Position numbers and translations under genes: made by a program
In this document: positions 29,895 through 40,486 of the stretch, one piece after another
Position numbering within the stretch: position 1 is the stretch's first letter
Layout of the letters: each line of letters starts with the position of its first letter
Notes under the pieces: generated by a model
Told to the model about the DNA's origin: nothing
The model's input: the letters and a program-made list of their open reading frames with translations, nothing else
Databases searched by the model: none
From: Cyanobacteria bacterium auto_48_18
GTDB taxonomy: Bacteria; Cyanobacteriota; Vampirovibrionia; Obscuribacterales; Obscuribacteraceae
Reading direction: 5' to 3'
Assembly (NCBI GenBank): GCA_036170915.1
Contig: JAVHQC010000016.1
Coordinates: forward strand, 1 to 64,000
DNA length: 64,000 nt

Positions 29895-32354
29895 TTGTTA
29901 CTATTACTGTTTTGTATTGCTGAGTTTGCCTTTACCGATTTGCTGAGAGTTGCCTTAGTTGTAATAGTCTCAATTATCCTGCTTTCAGGCGGGGGCTATT
30001 TTATGGCGCAGCGCAGCCTGCCATTGCTTGACGGCATTGTCAAAATGACTGAATTGGGGAAAGGAGCGGCGGTTAAATTTGATGAGCGCAGCGTACCTTA
30101 CGTGGAAGCGTCTTCAGAACTGGATCTTTATCGCATCCAGGGTTACGTAACCGCGCAAGACCGTCTTTTTCAGATGGACATGATGAGACGTACCGCCTCA
30201 GGCGAATTGTCTGAGGTATTTGGTTCGCAATCGTTGCCTCACGATAAATTGGTGCGCACTATAGGCATTGGGCGTGCCGCCACCGCTGAATTGAAAGCGC
30301 TTCCTAAAGATGTTCAGGCCTGTCTTTTGGCTTATGCACAGGGTGTCAACGCATATATCAGTTCGTCGCAAGACAGATTGTCGCCAGAATTTTTCGCGCT
30401 CAATTACAAACCTAGACCATGGACTGCCCAGAATTCGTTGGCGATCCTCAAATATAACCAATACAGTTTAGACGAATCGTGGCGTCTTGATGATTTGCGC
30501 CAGCGCGTTCTAGACAAAGTTGGCGGCCAGCTGGCATCGGCAATGTTTGATCGCACTTTTACGGCACCACCAGCGGTGAGTTCAAATATCAAGCATAATT
30601 TGCCGAATAATATGTTGCTCCAGCATCAGGTCAGCAGCGCGCTGACACCAGCTCCAGGTTGGGGTTCTAATGGATGGGTGGTATCTGCCGACCTCAGTGA
30701 AAGCAAAGGCGCTTGCCTGGCATTAGACCGGCACTTCGCATTTACTCAGCCTTGTGACTGGTATTTGATTGCTCTGCGTGCTCCTACCCTGCATCTGGCC
30801 GGCGCATCTATTCCGGGTGTACCCGGCATTCTCAATGGCCGCAATGGACAAATTGCTTTTGGCATGACCTCACTAAAAGTCGATGTGCAAGATTTGTTCC
30901 TTGAACAATTCTCGCCACAATTTCCCGGCAAATATAAAACTCCCACAGGATGGGCTGCTGCCAAAGAGATCGTAGAAGAAATTCCGGTGCGCTTCTCGAG
31001 CTCCCTTTTGCAAACTTCTACTCTGCTGCACAAAGTGCTTGAAACCAGACATGGTCCTGTCTTAATCAAAACTGATCAGAATGCGGTGGCACTGGCATGG
31101 GTCGGTTTAAATCAGCCCGAGAAAACCAGCGGCCTGGCCGAGTCGATTTATCGCCTTAATCATGCAAACAATTTCAGTCAGTTTCAGAGCGTGCTCTCGC
31201 ACTACGCCGGATCGCCCTTTACTTTCCTCTACGCCGATAAAGATCGTCACATCGGCTATCAGCAAGCAGGCACCATTCCAGAGCGGTCAGTTGCCGCAGT
31301 CGGCAAATCAAGCAAATGGGAGTCATGCCTGCTTTCACCAGGCTGGACCGGGCTAGGTGACTGGGTGTCAGCTGTGCCTTACAAAGACATGGAACACGCG
31401 CTTGATCCTGGTGCCGGCTATTACGTTGCCAATTTCCGTCAGGCTCGCACTGACATGCCACTCAACGTCAATATTTATCGCGCTCAGAGAATACTCAATG
31501 TGCTGGCCGCGTATAAGAAAAACAATCAGAAACCGGGTTTACCTGAAATGGCCTTGTTGCAGGGAGACCAGTTGGCACCGCTTGCACCGCTGGTTAAGCA
31601 AACACTAATTGAAGCTATCGGAAAAACTGAATCTATCGATGCCATTCAATTAAGTGCGCTCGATGCCATTGGTAAATGGGACGGCGTATTGAGCGAGAAC
31701 AGCAGTGGAGCCGCGCTTTATCAGAGTTTTGTACAAACTATGATCCGCCGACTGCTGGAGCCGCGTCTGGGGACTGCTTATACAAATGAATATTTAGACC
31801 GTTATCCGCAGTGGTCAGCTGTGGTCGAAAAAGTCTTGCTGGAAAAGAGCGATGCCTGGCTACCTTCAGATGAACGCACTTTCAAAGCTTTTGTCATTAG
31901 TTCATTTGGCCAGGCTGTTAAAGAAGTGCGTCTACAGTCAAAGTCAGATGATGTTAGTGCCTGGAAATGGGGCCCGATGCACACCATTGAGTTTGAAAGT
32001 GAACTTCTGCGCGGTGCACCAGCTCTGGTGCCATTGCTTTCTCCTCTGCTCAATCGCGGGCCTGTAGCCGTGGGCGGCAATCATGACACTGTTTCGAGCA
32101 TGGAAGAATCATTGCGCCGCAGCAGCACTCATTCGGTCTGTAGCTCAGGGCCAACCATGCGTATGCTGGTGGACCTCTCTGACGATGAAAAGTTCTATCA
32201 GACTCTATCTCTTGGCCAGAGCGGCAATATGCTTTCATCTGCCAACGGCGATCAGTTGCGTGCCTGGTTAAATAACAAGCCACTGCCGGTTGCCTTCTCT
32301 CCAGCCCTGGAAGAAAAGCTTTCCACTCACCGTTTACTTTTTACTGACCGTTAA
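29895..32354 (+). CDS. Penicillin acylase family Ntn-hydrolase (peptidase S45)
   Basis: GYVTAQDRLFQMD; GSNGWVV with the nucleophile Ser; TRHGP; GQSG; N-terminal TM. Confidence 0.9.
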   Translation: MLLLLFCIAEFAFTDLLRVALVVIVSIILLSGGGYFMAQRSLPLLDGIVKMTELGKGAAVKFDERSVPYVEASSELDLYRIQGYVTAQDRLFQMDMMRRTASGELSEVFGSQSLPHDKLVRTIGIGRAATAELKALPKDVQACLLAYAQGVNAYISSSQDRLSPEFFALNYKPRPWTAQNSLAILKYNQYSLDESWRLDDLRQRVLDKVGGQLASAMFDRTFTAPPAVSSNIKHNLPNNMLLQHQVSSALTPAPGWGSNGWVVSADLSESKGACLALDRHFAFTQPCDWYLIALRAPTLHLAGASIPGVPGILNGRNGQIAFGMTSLKVDVQDLFLEQFSPQFPGKYKTPTGWAAAKEIVEEIPVRFSSSLLQTSTLLHKVLETRHGPVLIKTDQNAVALAWVGLNQPEKTSGLAESIYRLNHANNFSQFQSVLSHYAGSPFTFLYADKDRHIGYQQAGTIPERSVAAVGKSSKWESCLLSPGWTGLGDWVSAVPYKDMEHALDPGAGYYVANFRQARTDMPLNVNIYRAQRILNVLAAYKKNNQKPGLPEMALLQGDQLAPLAPLVKQTLIEAIGKTESIDAIQLSALDAIGKWDGVLSENSSGAALYQSFVQTMIRRLLEPRLGTAYTNEYLDRYPQWSAVVEKVLLEKSDAWLPSDERTFKAFVISSFGQAVKEVRLQSKSDDVSAWKWGPMHTIEFESELLRGAPALVPLLSPLLNRGPVAVGGNHDTVSSMEESLRRSSTHSVCSSGPTMRMLVDLSDDEKFYQTLSLGQSGNMLSSANGDQLRAWLNNKPLPVAFSPALEEKLSTHRLLFTDR

Positions 32355-32361
32355 GCTAATC

Positions 32362-34752
32362 GTGAAGACAGCAAAAAAATATTTGTCATCATTGCTGTGT
32401 TTCTGCATCACTTCAGGCTTCATTATGCCTGCCACGGCTCAAGTTTTTACCGACCCTACACAGAAGTTTCGTCGCCCCACTGAAATTAAACTTACAGAAG
32501 AAGCGCCAAAGCGTACGTTTGGCACGGCCAGTTTAAAAGACATGTTTCCACAAATGACCGTGGCTGCGCATCAACCGCAACCACTGACCTTGACCGGCAT
32601 GAATCTGGATGGTTTGGGCGTCAAAAGCAGCAAAATGCTTGGTAACAATCATTTTGTGGTGGTGCAGGGCACCGCTTTTGATACCATGTCTGCGATATAT
32701 AAATCAAATCGCGAGAGCGACAAAAGCAATTTCATTACTGCTGACCCTTTTGTGCATGCTTATTTTGCTTTTAATAATGCCATGGCATTTCGAGTTGTGA
32801 GCGACACTCTTTATCCGGAATTGCGCACGCTCTTAATGGCTCTAATGGAATCTTGCGTCAAAGATTATCGCCTTTGCGAAATAGATGAAGTTAAAGATGA
32901 TATTCAGCGCAATCTGGCCTTTATTATTGTCGCCCTCAAATTGCTCGATCCTAAGGTCGTATTACCTGATATGGGTGGTGCCAGCGACCTGGCCCGCAGT
33001 GAGATGGAGATTATTTCTCGCGGTAAAAAAGGGCGCTCTGTGATCTTTAACCGTGAAGAAGACTTCAGCTCTTTACGCCCCATGGGTCTTTATTTGCGTA
33101 GTGAGAAAACCGCAAATTATTTTCGCAGTGTGGCATGGCTTTCGCGCATGTATTTGACTTTGTCTGATGTCACCAACAATTCTGAGACTGGTGGCGGAAA
33201 TACGTTTCGCCGGGCACTTTTGCTCTACCGCGCTCTGGAATTAGGCCGCAGCAACCGCAGCGGCAAAGCAGCCGCTGCTGCCGGTGAGTCGCTCATGCCG
33301 GCCTGGCAGCGTATTTATGAAATCAGCCTGAGTATAAATCCAAGTTCGCTCACCCGAGAGCAGACAGTTTATCCGCGCGAACTAAAGAGCATGTTTCAAG
33401 CAGGCAATTTAGAATTTCGCGACATGTTACAAACACTGGCGCAACCTTTTTCTCGGGCTAGATTGCTGCTATCGATTAAAAAGCAGAAGCCGCAAGGTCT
33501 CGATGCCGCTTCTATTTTTGAAATGGAAAAAAATCGTGGTGCGGAAGAAAATTTGTTGGTGATGCGCTTTTTGCCGCCAGTAAACAGTTATGAATTAGAT
33601 TGGCTCAAGACGCAAACTGCTACTTACAGAGAAGAAGGCGAAGAAGGATTTATTTCGCCGCTGTCGTTGTTTATTCTTTATGCCTGGGGCTCTCCGGTGG
33701 CAAGCAATATTTTGCACTCCCTTAGTGATCGCATGGATCCTAGTTTGATCAATACGTTGCCCGAGTTGGTTCGAGTTGCCGGTAAGCGCCGAGTTGAAGC
33801 TGACCCCAATGCGCCAAACTGTCTGGCTGAGAAACGATGGGCAATTATCACAGAGTATTTTCGGCCGTTTAAGAAAAATTCGCTTTCTTGTTTGCTTTCA
33901 GAGCTATGGTATTGCCAGCATGTTCTAAGCGCTTCGGCGGCCTTTGCCGATTCATACACCGCATTTGATGCTCCCGCTGTTACTGCAAGTGCAACTGCGA
34001 CTACAACTGGTCAAGCTGCTGGCGCAAAGCCAGAATCTAAGCCCGAATCTAAGCCTGAGTCAAAGCCTGAAGTTAGCGCTGCAGCTCGCATGTTTGGTGC
34101 TGCCCGGCCTGCAGTCAGGCGTGCTTCTAACTTTCACTACCTTGAGCCTATGCCCGATTTATATCGCAAACTGGGCGCTTTGATGAGTATCACAGAAAAT
34201 GATTTGACCAGACTAAAATGTTTTCCTGAGGAGCGGCGCAAAAGGTCGGCCGACTATGTTCGTCTTCTGGATCGCCTGGCAAAAATTGCTGATCAAGAAT
34301 TAGCCGTACAGCCTCTTAACGAGGTCGACTTTAAATTGCTTGCTAACATAGATCAGATATTAAGCGCTATCGGCTCACCAGTGCCGGGTAGCATCTACGT
34401 GCCTGGTATCGGGGCCGGTGCTGCCAGCATGGGGCCAGGCGACGCTGGTGTGGTCAATGCCATCTTCAGTACTACTCAAGGTGCCTATCTCAGTCGCGGC
34501 GCTGTCTACACTTATTATGAAATTGCTGGCGGGCCATTTAAGCAAGCACACTGGGAGCGCAAAAAACAATTTGGTTTTTTGCGGCCTCCAGGATGGATAA
34601 CTGCAGCCGATATTATTTCTGACGCCAATAAGCCTAACGCCAATAATTCTAGTCTTCAAACCAATGGCACTAAGTCTGGTATCACCAAGACTGACGGGTC
34701 GTTAAAACCTCCAGAATCACTTGATACAAATGCAGTTAAACCCAGTATATAA
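32362..34752 (+). CDS. Secreted DUF3160-like protein; GTG start at 32362 preferred
   Basis: FITADPFVHAY, EDFSSLRPMGLY..S..YFRSVAWL, YLEPMP and GAVYTYYE resemble DUF3160; signal peptide. Confidence 0.7.
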   Translation: MKTAKKYLSSLLCFCITSGFIMPATAQVFTDPTQKFRRPTEIKLTEEAPKRTFGTASLKDMFPQMTVAAHQPQPLTLTGMNLDGLGVKSSKMLGNNHFVVVQGTAFDTMSAIYKSNRESDKSNFITADPFVHAYFAFNNAMAFRVVSDTLYPELRTLLMALMESCVKDYRLCEIDEVKDDIQRNLAFIIVALKLLDPKVVLPDMGGASDLARSEMEIISRGKKGRSVIFNREEDFSSLRPMGLYLRSEKTANYFRSVAWLSRMYLTLSDVTNNSETGGGNTFRRALLLYRALELGRSNRSGKAAAAAGESLMPAWQRIYEISLSINPSSLTREQTVYPRELKSMFQAGNLEFRDMLQTLAQPFSRARLLLSIKKQKPQGLDAASIFEMEKNRGAEENLLVMRFLPPVNSYELDWLKTQTATYREEGEEGFISPLSLFILYAWGSPVASNILHSLSDRMDPSLINTLPELVRVAGKRRVEADPNAPNCLAEKRWAIITEYFRPFKKNSLSCLLSELWYCQHVLSASAAFADSYTAFDAPAVTASATATTTGQAAGAKPESKPESKPESKPEVSAAARMFGAARPAVRRASNFHYLEPMPDLYRKLGALMSITENDLTRLKCFPEERRKRSADYVRLLDRLAKIADQELAVQPLNEVDFKLLANIDQILSAIGSPVPGSIYVPGIGAGAASMGPGDAGVVNAIFSTTQGAYLSRGAVYTYYEIAGGPFKQAHWERKKQFGFLRPPGWITAADIISDANKPNANNSSLQTNGTKSGITKTDGSLKPPESLDTNAVKPSI

Positions 34753-34760
34753 AGGAACGC

Positions 34761-35483
34761 ATGACAAAGAAGCATATGACCAAAAAGCACTTTCTCTTTC
34801 GCTCTACCTTGATTGTATCGTTGGTCTGTCAGGTCAATATGAGCGTAACGAGCGCTCCGGCCATTGCTGATGGTCTTAGCTCCATGCCTGGCTCAACGCC
34901 TGGCTCAACAGCAGGCTCAACGGCAGCTACTGCACAACTTCTACCTGAAGATGACTTCAAGGGTGAACTGCGCGATTTACACGAGAACTTAAGACGCATA
35001 GAAAGCTCGCTTCGAGATCTGGAGCGAGAGGCAGGACGAAGGCAGATGGTGGCTAATCCACTAAGTAATAACGATGCCGTCATTGCCGACCCCTGGAGTG
35101 CTTTCACTCCAGCCAGTGCCGCTATGCTAATGAACGACAGTGTTCGACCAGGCCCTTATTTGAAATGCCGAGCTGCTTTTCTCAATCAGTCACTCAGCTC
35201 CATAGACACCTCTGTAGCCGCTGTGCAACTTAATACCAAACAGTTGACCACACTTAAGCATCAATTGACCGCAGGCTCCAAGAAAAATCTTTCAAAAGCC
35301 GCCGTAGACCTTGACGTGATGCGCGACGCTGTAGCCGACTTCAATCAAAAGCTGGTTGCTTTAAAACAACTTTGTTCTGCCGATCCGCCTGATAATGTGT
35401 TGATACTTACAGCCGTGCATACCTTGCAACAGACTGTCGATGGTATCGATACGGTGGGCAAGCGACTGTGGAAAGTTGAATAA
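34761..35483 (+). CDS. Secreted helical hypothetical protein
   Basis: AAGGA RBS, signal peptide, coiled-coil-like segments. Confidence 0.75.
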   Translation: MTKKHMTKKHFLFRSTLIVSLVCQVNMSVTSAPAIADGLSSMPGSTPGSTAGSTAATAQLLPEDDFKGELRDLHENLRRIESSLRDLEREAGRRQMVANPLSNNDAVIADPWSAFTPASAAMLMNDSVRPGPYLKCRAAFLNQSLSSIDTSVAAVQLNTKQLTTLKHQLTAGSKKNLSKAAVDLDVMRDAVADFNQKLVALKQLCSADPPDNVLILTAVHTLQQTVDGIDTVGKRLWKVE

Positions 35484-35666
35484 TAGAATTTGTACCCTAA
35501 CTTATTTCGTTTTATTAAAGCGACGTAAAGCCGGGCTGGTAGCCCTTCGCTATCGTTTAATCAAATGTATATCTTATCGCTCACTTGTCAATGCGTTCAA
35601 ACATCACTACCATGCTGGCTTAGATGGTTTACCCCTTTCGAATCTGTAGACAATATTTAGAATCCC

Positions 35667-36644
35667 ATGATCGATTTAACTGCCCCCACCTCGGTTACTC
35701 CTGTTATTAGCCCGGTTTCTTCCCGCAAGACCTTAACTACAGAAGAGATAATTTGTCCGGCTCCAGAGCCTGAGCGAGCGGCAGAGTCTGCCACTGTTCA
35801 AGTGGAGTTGAGACAGGCTGTGGATTATTTTAAGATGGCCATGGAGTATTTGACTCAAGGTCGTTTTGATGATGCCGAAGAGCTTTACCGCATGGCTCTC
35901 AATGTCTCTGAGACAGCCATGGGTTCGGCCAACCCTGCCATCATTGGACATCTTGAAGAGCTGGCCAATTTTTATGTCGGTCGAGCTAAGTTTGAAGCAG
36001 CAGAACCTTATCTCAAGCGCATCTATGCATTGAGAATCAGTAGCGACCAGAATCAGTTGTCTGATTATTTTGATCTCGCCGACACTGTAGAAAAGCTATC
36101 AACAGTGTTTGAGCGCACCGGCCGTTCATCTGAAGGCGAGAAGCTATTTTTAGCACTTTTGCGCAGTCAAGAAAAACTCAAAGGCGGGCTAGACGAAACC
36201 ACTCTTGATGTTTTGAACCGACTTGGTGCCTTTTACCTGCGCACCGGAGTTTATGCAGCGGCCAGAGCAGTTTTCGAAGAATTGCTTGATATTCAAAGTG
36301 CAACTACAGCAGTCAGTGCTGAAGTAGCTGCGGTGCTTGCCAATCTTTCTGTAGTCTACGGTAAGCTTGAATTGCACATGGAGCAAATTGCAGTTCTAGA
36401 GCGCCAGGTAGATGTGCTTGATACCATTCATGGTGGCAGTGGGCTTTCGCTGGCAGCAGCATTAACCAGATTAGCTGATGTGCTTTCCGGAGCTGTGCGC
36501 GTCACCGGATGTAGTGACATTTTAGAAAAAGCTGAGCTTATTTATCGCCGCGCGCTCACCATATATGAAAAGCATTATGGACCTTCCACGGCCACTGTTG
36601 AAGGCTTGCGCTTGCGTTTAAAGAGTCTTGCACGCAAAGACTAA
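35667..36644 (+). CDS. TPR protein (kinesin-light-chain-like repeats)
   Basis: QGRFDDAEELYRMAL, AKFEAAEPYLKR and AELIYRRALTIYEKHYGP. Confidence 0.85.
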   Translation: MIDLTAPTSVTPVISPVSSRKTLTTEEIICPAPEPERAAESATVQVELRQAVDYFKMAMEYLTQGRFDDAEELYRMALNVSETAMGSANPAIIGHLEELANFYVGRAKFEAAEPYLKRIYALRISSDQNQLSDYFDLADTVEKLSTVFERTGRSSEGEKLFLALLRSQEKLKGGLDETTLDVLNRLGAFYLRTGVYAAARAVFEELLDIQSATTAVSAEVAAVLANLSVVYGKLELHMEQIAVLERQVDVLDTIHGGSGLSLAAALTRLADVLSGAVRVTGCSDILEKAELIYRRALTIYEKHYGPSTATVEGLRLRLKSLARKD

Positions 36645-38020
36645 GAGTTATCTTTATCTTTGCTGGCCTTTTCTTCTTTATCTTCGTGTTTGTCTTGATC
36701 GATCAAACCTTTTGAAAATTCAGTCTTACCCGCTGCTTTTCTTACTGGTTGTGGTGCGGTCGGATACATTTTAAAGGAGCCGTCAATAAAGCCCAATTGC
36801 AGCTTGCCGTCTACGTCTTGATAGTATTGCTGCAAAATGCGATCAAATGTCCAGCCGCGTTTGGCAAACATATTGGCGCCATGTTGGCTGAGACCGCGGG
36901 CGCCATTGCCATGGCCCCGATAAGTGAAGACCCAGTTTGAACCTTCGTCATGTACGTCTAAAATTCCGGCGGTGGCAAAATTCAACATGCGCGCCAGGGC
37001 AATGCCATCTACCTCGCGGCTGTTTCTCACGCCCATAACTTGTATGTGGCTGGCGTTGCCGGTGGCATTCCATTGCTTGACAGTGACGCCGACGATGCCC
37101 TTAATGCCTGTGATTTGTTCAAGATGACTTTGCGAAACAGCGCTCTTTTTGATATTGAGATTTTCCATTTCGTCGCCAACCCAGGCGCGATAAAATCCGG
37201 GTTTAACTTTGTCGGCATTTTTCAAAATCAAGCCGCGAGTTTGAAAAACCGCTGCCAGTGTTGATGGTGCTTCGGCCGCAAGCCCCTTGTAGGCCTGGTC
37301 GCGCACGTCAGGCACCATATCAAAGCCTTCGCTTTTCCATTTTGAACCTTTGCCCATGTGTGCATAGGCGTAGCTACGCGCCGCCACAGCCTGACACTTC
37401 AAAGCTTCGGGCTGCCAGCTGGAAGGCATTTCAGATGGCACCACACCTTGCAAATAATCTTCTAAATCGAGCAGATTAATGGCGGTTACGTATGTCGGCA
37501 TGTTGATGACTTCCAGACAACCGCGCCACCAGCGGTTTACAGTCCAGACTCGATAATCGGGAGCCGATATGTGACAGCGCTGATCATATGGCAGTGTGCA
37601 ACTGCGACCGGTACCAAGTTCTGTAATTTTGCCGGGCGTGATGGTGTAAACCATGCGCGGTTCCAGGGCGAAAATTGGCATTCCGTTAACAAAAACTGCA
37701 CCCTGTTGCCAGATGGCTACGCGAATAGCCGAACTTTTTGTGCTCAGGCCGATGCGCACCGGGTGAATCATAGGCGGATAGGGCAAAAATGAATTGATTA
37801 CAGGTGGAACAGTTGTAGGCTGGACTGCTCTAGTTGATGTCGCTCGTGGCTGAGTTTTTGCCACTGCCTTGCTGCCGCTCTTTGCATCAGTGGCGCCACT
37901 GGCCGAAAGCAGAGTGGATAACACTACCAGGGCACACAAAATCAAATTTTTATTTTGCTGGAAACGCACAAGAGTTATCGACCGTCGAGATAGAGTTCTT
38001 ATTGTACTGAACATTGGCAC
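36641..38020 (-). CDS. SpoIID/LytB-domain lytic transglycosylase-like protein
   Basis: LEDYLQGVVPSEMP...EALKCQAVAARSYA, QAYKG and GLSQHGA...ILQQYY. Confidence 0.9.
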   Translation of the reverse strand: MPMFSTIRTLSRRSITLVRFQQNKNLILCALVVLSTLLSASGATDAKSGSKAVAKTQPRATSTRAVQPTTVPPVINSFLPYPPMIHPVRIGLSTKSSAIRVAIWQQGAVFVNGMPIFALEPRMVYTITPGKITELGTGRSCTLPYDQRCHISAPDYRVWTVNRWWRGCLEVINMPTYVTAINLLDLEDYLQGVVPSEMPSSWQPEALKCQAVAARSYAYAHMGKGSKWKSEGFDMVPDVRDQAYKGLAAEAPSTLAAVFQTRGLILKNADKVKPGFYRAWVGDEMENLNIKKSAVSQSHLEQITGIKGIVGVTVKQWNATGNASHIQVMGVRNSREVDGIALARMLNFATAGILDVHDEGSNWVFTYRGHGNGARGLSQHGANMFAKRGWTFDRILQQYYQDVDGKLQLGFIDGSFKMYPTAPQPVRKAAGKTEFSKGLIDQDKHEDKEEKASKDKDNS

Positions 38021-38176
38021 AACTTACTGAAATCCCGTCCAATTCAAGCATGTGATTATCTATAGGTGTCTTGAAAACTCCGCCGCCTCGTGACCTATAT
38101 ATTGGCAAGAGTCTACTAGCAAGACTCCAATACCTAGACTCTAATAGCGAGAGTTTAATTGCAGGAGTGATACTAT

Positions 38177-38890
38177 GTGGATCCCAATTTCAACCGGTTT
38201 GGCCCATTGAAGAAACTACTAATAGTCGATGATGAAGTAGATATCGCAACCAGCATTCAATACGTGCTGAATCAAGAAGGATTTTCTACTTTATTAGCCC
38301 ACGACGGTATCAAAGCCATTCAGTTATTCGAGCATGAAAAACCAGATCTGGTCATTCTCGATTTGATGATGCCTGGTCTTGATGGATACGAAGTCTGTCG
38401 TCGAGTGCGCGCTTTCGATAAACGCACGCCCATATTGATGCTCACCGCTCGCACGTCTGAAATTGACACCGTGGTCGGTCTCGAGCTTGGTGCCAACGAT
38501 TACATCGCCAAACCCGTGCGATTGCGCGAACTGGTGGCCAGGGTCAAAGCGCATCTGCGCGAAACTCCTCAGGTTCAGGAAGTTACCAAAGGCATTCGCC
38601 TGGGCGATTTGTTCATCGACACTGATAGCCGCACGGTGCTGGTGGGCGAAAAATCCATTGACCTGACTTTTAAAGAGTTCGAATTGCTTTTGGCCATGGC
38701 CAGGCAACCCAATCGAGTCTTTTCCCGCGATCAACTCTTCCAGGGGGTCTGGGGTTCCGATTTTCTAGGCGAGAGCCGTACCGTCGATGTGCACATCAGA
38801 TATTTGCGGGAAAAATTAGAAGCCAACCCCAGTGCTCCGAAGCATATTTTGACGGTGCGCGGCGTCGGCTATCGATTGGTTTGGGACTGA
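38177..38890 (+). CDS. OmpR/PhoB-family DNA-binding response regulator (no adjacent kinase)
   Basis: REC domain (LDLMMPGLDG, GANDYIAKP) plus winged helix (LTFKEFELL, RTVDVHIRYLREKLE, TVRGVGY); GTG start with AGGAG RBS. Confidence 0.95.
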   Translation: MDPNFNRFGPLKKLLIVDDEVDIATSIQYVLNQEGFSTLLAHDGIKAIQLFEHEKPDLVILDLMMPGLDGYEVCRRVRAFDKRTPILMLTARTSEIDTVVGLELGANDYIAKPVRLRELVARVKAHLRETPQVQEVTKGIRLGDLFIDTDSRTVLVGEKSIDLTFKEFELLLAMARQPNRVFSRDQLFQGVWGSDFLGESRTVDVHIRYLREKLEANPSAPKHILTVRGVGYRLVWD

Positions 38891-39073
38891 GTAAGTAACA
38901 TTAATAATTGCTCCATGGGAGTTCTCCCACTGGGTCAACGAAGAATGGGCACTTCTGTAAGCGGTTTGCGTATTCTTCCCAGTGACAGGTGCGGTGAGGT
39001 TTCATAGACTAAAGCAGTCGATTGTTATGTTCGGCAACAAACAACCTACTTTCTTTGGCGAATCAGGTATCAG

Positions 39074-40309
39074 ATGAAATCACATGCATTTTTAGTTGGC
39101 GTGAACGTAGCGGCGAGTCTTCCGCTGGTATTCACACAGCAAGCCATGGCCGACGGTGGCATGAGCTCCACGGCGAGTTTCCTCAAAGCGGCCGTAGCTG
39201 AAAAAGCCACAGCTCACGCTCTCAGCGATCCTCATGCTGTTGCCAGTTTTAAGTCTTCGAAAAGGTCTTTGCCAATCAAGCGCGATTTCAGCAGCGCCAG
39301 CTTCTCTGAGCCACGGGCGGTGCAAACCAGACTGGCCATGACCCCGATTGCCGGATCCGTTAAATTGCGCCCATTCGTGCCTGGTAGAAAATTACCGAGC
39401 CGTTCCGAGTTGCAAGCGCAAATGCCTCAACTCGATAACAGCAATCAGCCTAATCTCTCCGCCACCATTAATGAATCAAGTTTTGCCGCACAGCCAGCCC
39501 AGAATGATTCTAATTATTCAGCACCCGGCTACAACTCCTATCGCTCGCAGCAACTAAACACAGCGCAAAACCGCAACCGTCTGCGTCAAGCTGCTGATTG
39601 TGTCGCAGGCTTCCAGCGCAAGAACGCAGCTCGCTCCGTTCCAGGGCAGTCACCATCGACTCCCGGTCAGGTTGGTTTCCCTTGTGCACAACAAGCTGTA
39701 GCTCACATGCCTGCCAGCAAAGCAGCCCCGTCTGAAGCTGAATGGACTCAAATGGCTCGCAATGCCGCCAACGGTTCCACCACTGAAAGTGAAGCCGAGC
39801 AAATGGCCAGCTTACAAGCTGAATTTGCCGCCAGCCAGCCACAATCGCATGCTACAGCAGGACCAGCGCCATTCCCGCTCAGCTTAATTCCTGAGGCTTC
39901 ACTGAAACAGTTGATCGGCAGCAGTGCTAAGTCTGCTCCAGCTGCTGGTGGAAGCTCTATGAATGGAAGCTCTATGAATGGAAGTTCAATGCACGCTCAA
40001 AAAGCCATGACTCCGAGTTATTTTGGCTCGTGGCACGGCAGTCAGCATGCCCCTGCACAAGGTCACGCTCACAGCAATTTGCAACCATCAGGTTTCCACA
40101 CTTATCTGGCAGGAGCTGGTAACAGCACCGGTCGCAGTGGAAGAGTAGTCTCAGCCAGCGCCTTCAAGTCTTACGCGCCAATGGCTTACAAAGCTACGCG
40201 CCGCAGCGCTCCGCACATTGCTGCTGTGGTGAAAAAGACTGCACCGGCTCACTCTGCTCCGGTGGTCGCCACCTACGGTACCTACCACTCAACACCTACT
40301 GCACTGTAA
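39074..40309 (+). CDS. Secreted low-complexity Ala/Ser/Gln-rich hypothetical protein
   Basis: Signal peptide ending AMA-D; largely disordered composition. Confidence 0.75.
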   Translation: MKSHAFLVGVNVAASLPLVFTQQAMADGGMSSTASFLKAAVAEKATAHALSDPHAVASFKSSKRSLPIKRDFSSASFSEPRAVQTRLAMTPIAGSVKLRPFVPGRKLPSRSELQAQMPQLDNSNQPNLSATINESSFAAQPAQNDSNYSAPGYNSYRSQQLNTAQNRNRLRQAADCVAGFQRKNAARSVPGQSPSTPGQVGFPCAQQAVAHMPASKAAPSEAEWTQMARNAANGSTTESEAEQMASLQAEFAASQPQSHATAGPAPFPLSLIPEASLKQLIGSSAKSAPAAGGSSMNGSSMNGSSMHAQKAMTPSYFGSWHGSQHAPAQGHAHSNLQPSGFHTYLAGAGNSTGRSGRVVSASAFKSYAPMAYKATRRSAPHIAAVVKKTAPAHSAPVVATYGTYHSTPTAL

Positions 40310-40333
40310 TTAATTTTCAGAGCATCAATCTTT

Positions 40334-40360
40334 AGAGGCGCCCGGCGCCTCTTTTGCTTT
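40334..40360 (+). terminator. Intrinsic terminator
   Basis: AGAGGCGC-CCG-GCGCCTCT stem followed by TTTGCTTT, about 25 nt after the stop. Confidence 0.75.
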
Positions 40361-40486
40361 GCGGACCAAATTTAAGGTCATTTACTAACTTGTCGAAAAA
40401 GCAGCGTGGACGGATACATATATAGGTAAGCTGCTTAGCCAAAGCAACAGTTTTTAAGAAGGTACAATGATTTCACTGGTAGGCAC

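Noticed and set aside
29895..32354. Penicillin acylase as a pseudo-enzyme because NDPH reads LDRH
   Set aside because: The nucleophile Ser, the following His and the YRAQR motif are retained, so there are not enough grounds to call it inactive.
38100..38150. GGCAA-containing hairpins suggested a c-di-GMP-I riboswitch
   Set aside because: No GNRA tetraloop/receptor or GCAAA junction in the required arrangement.
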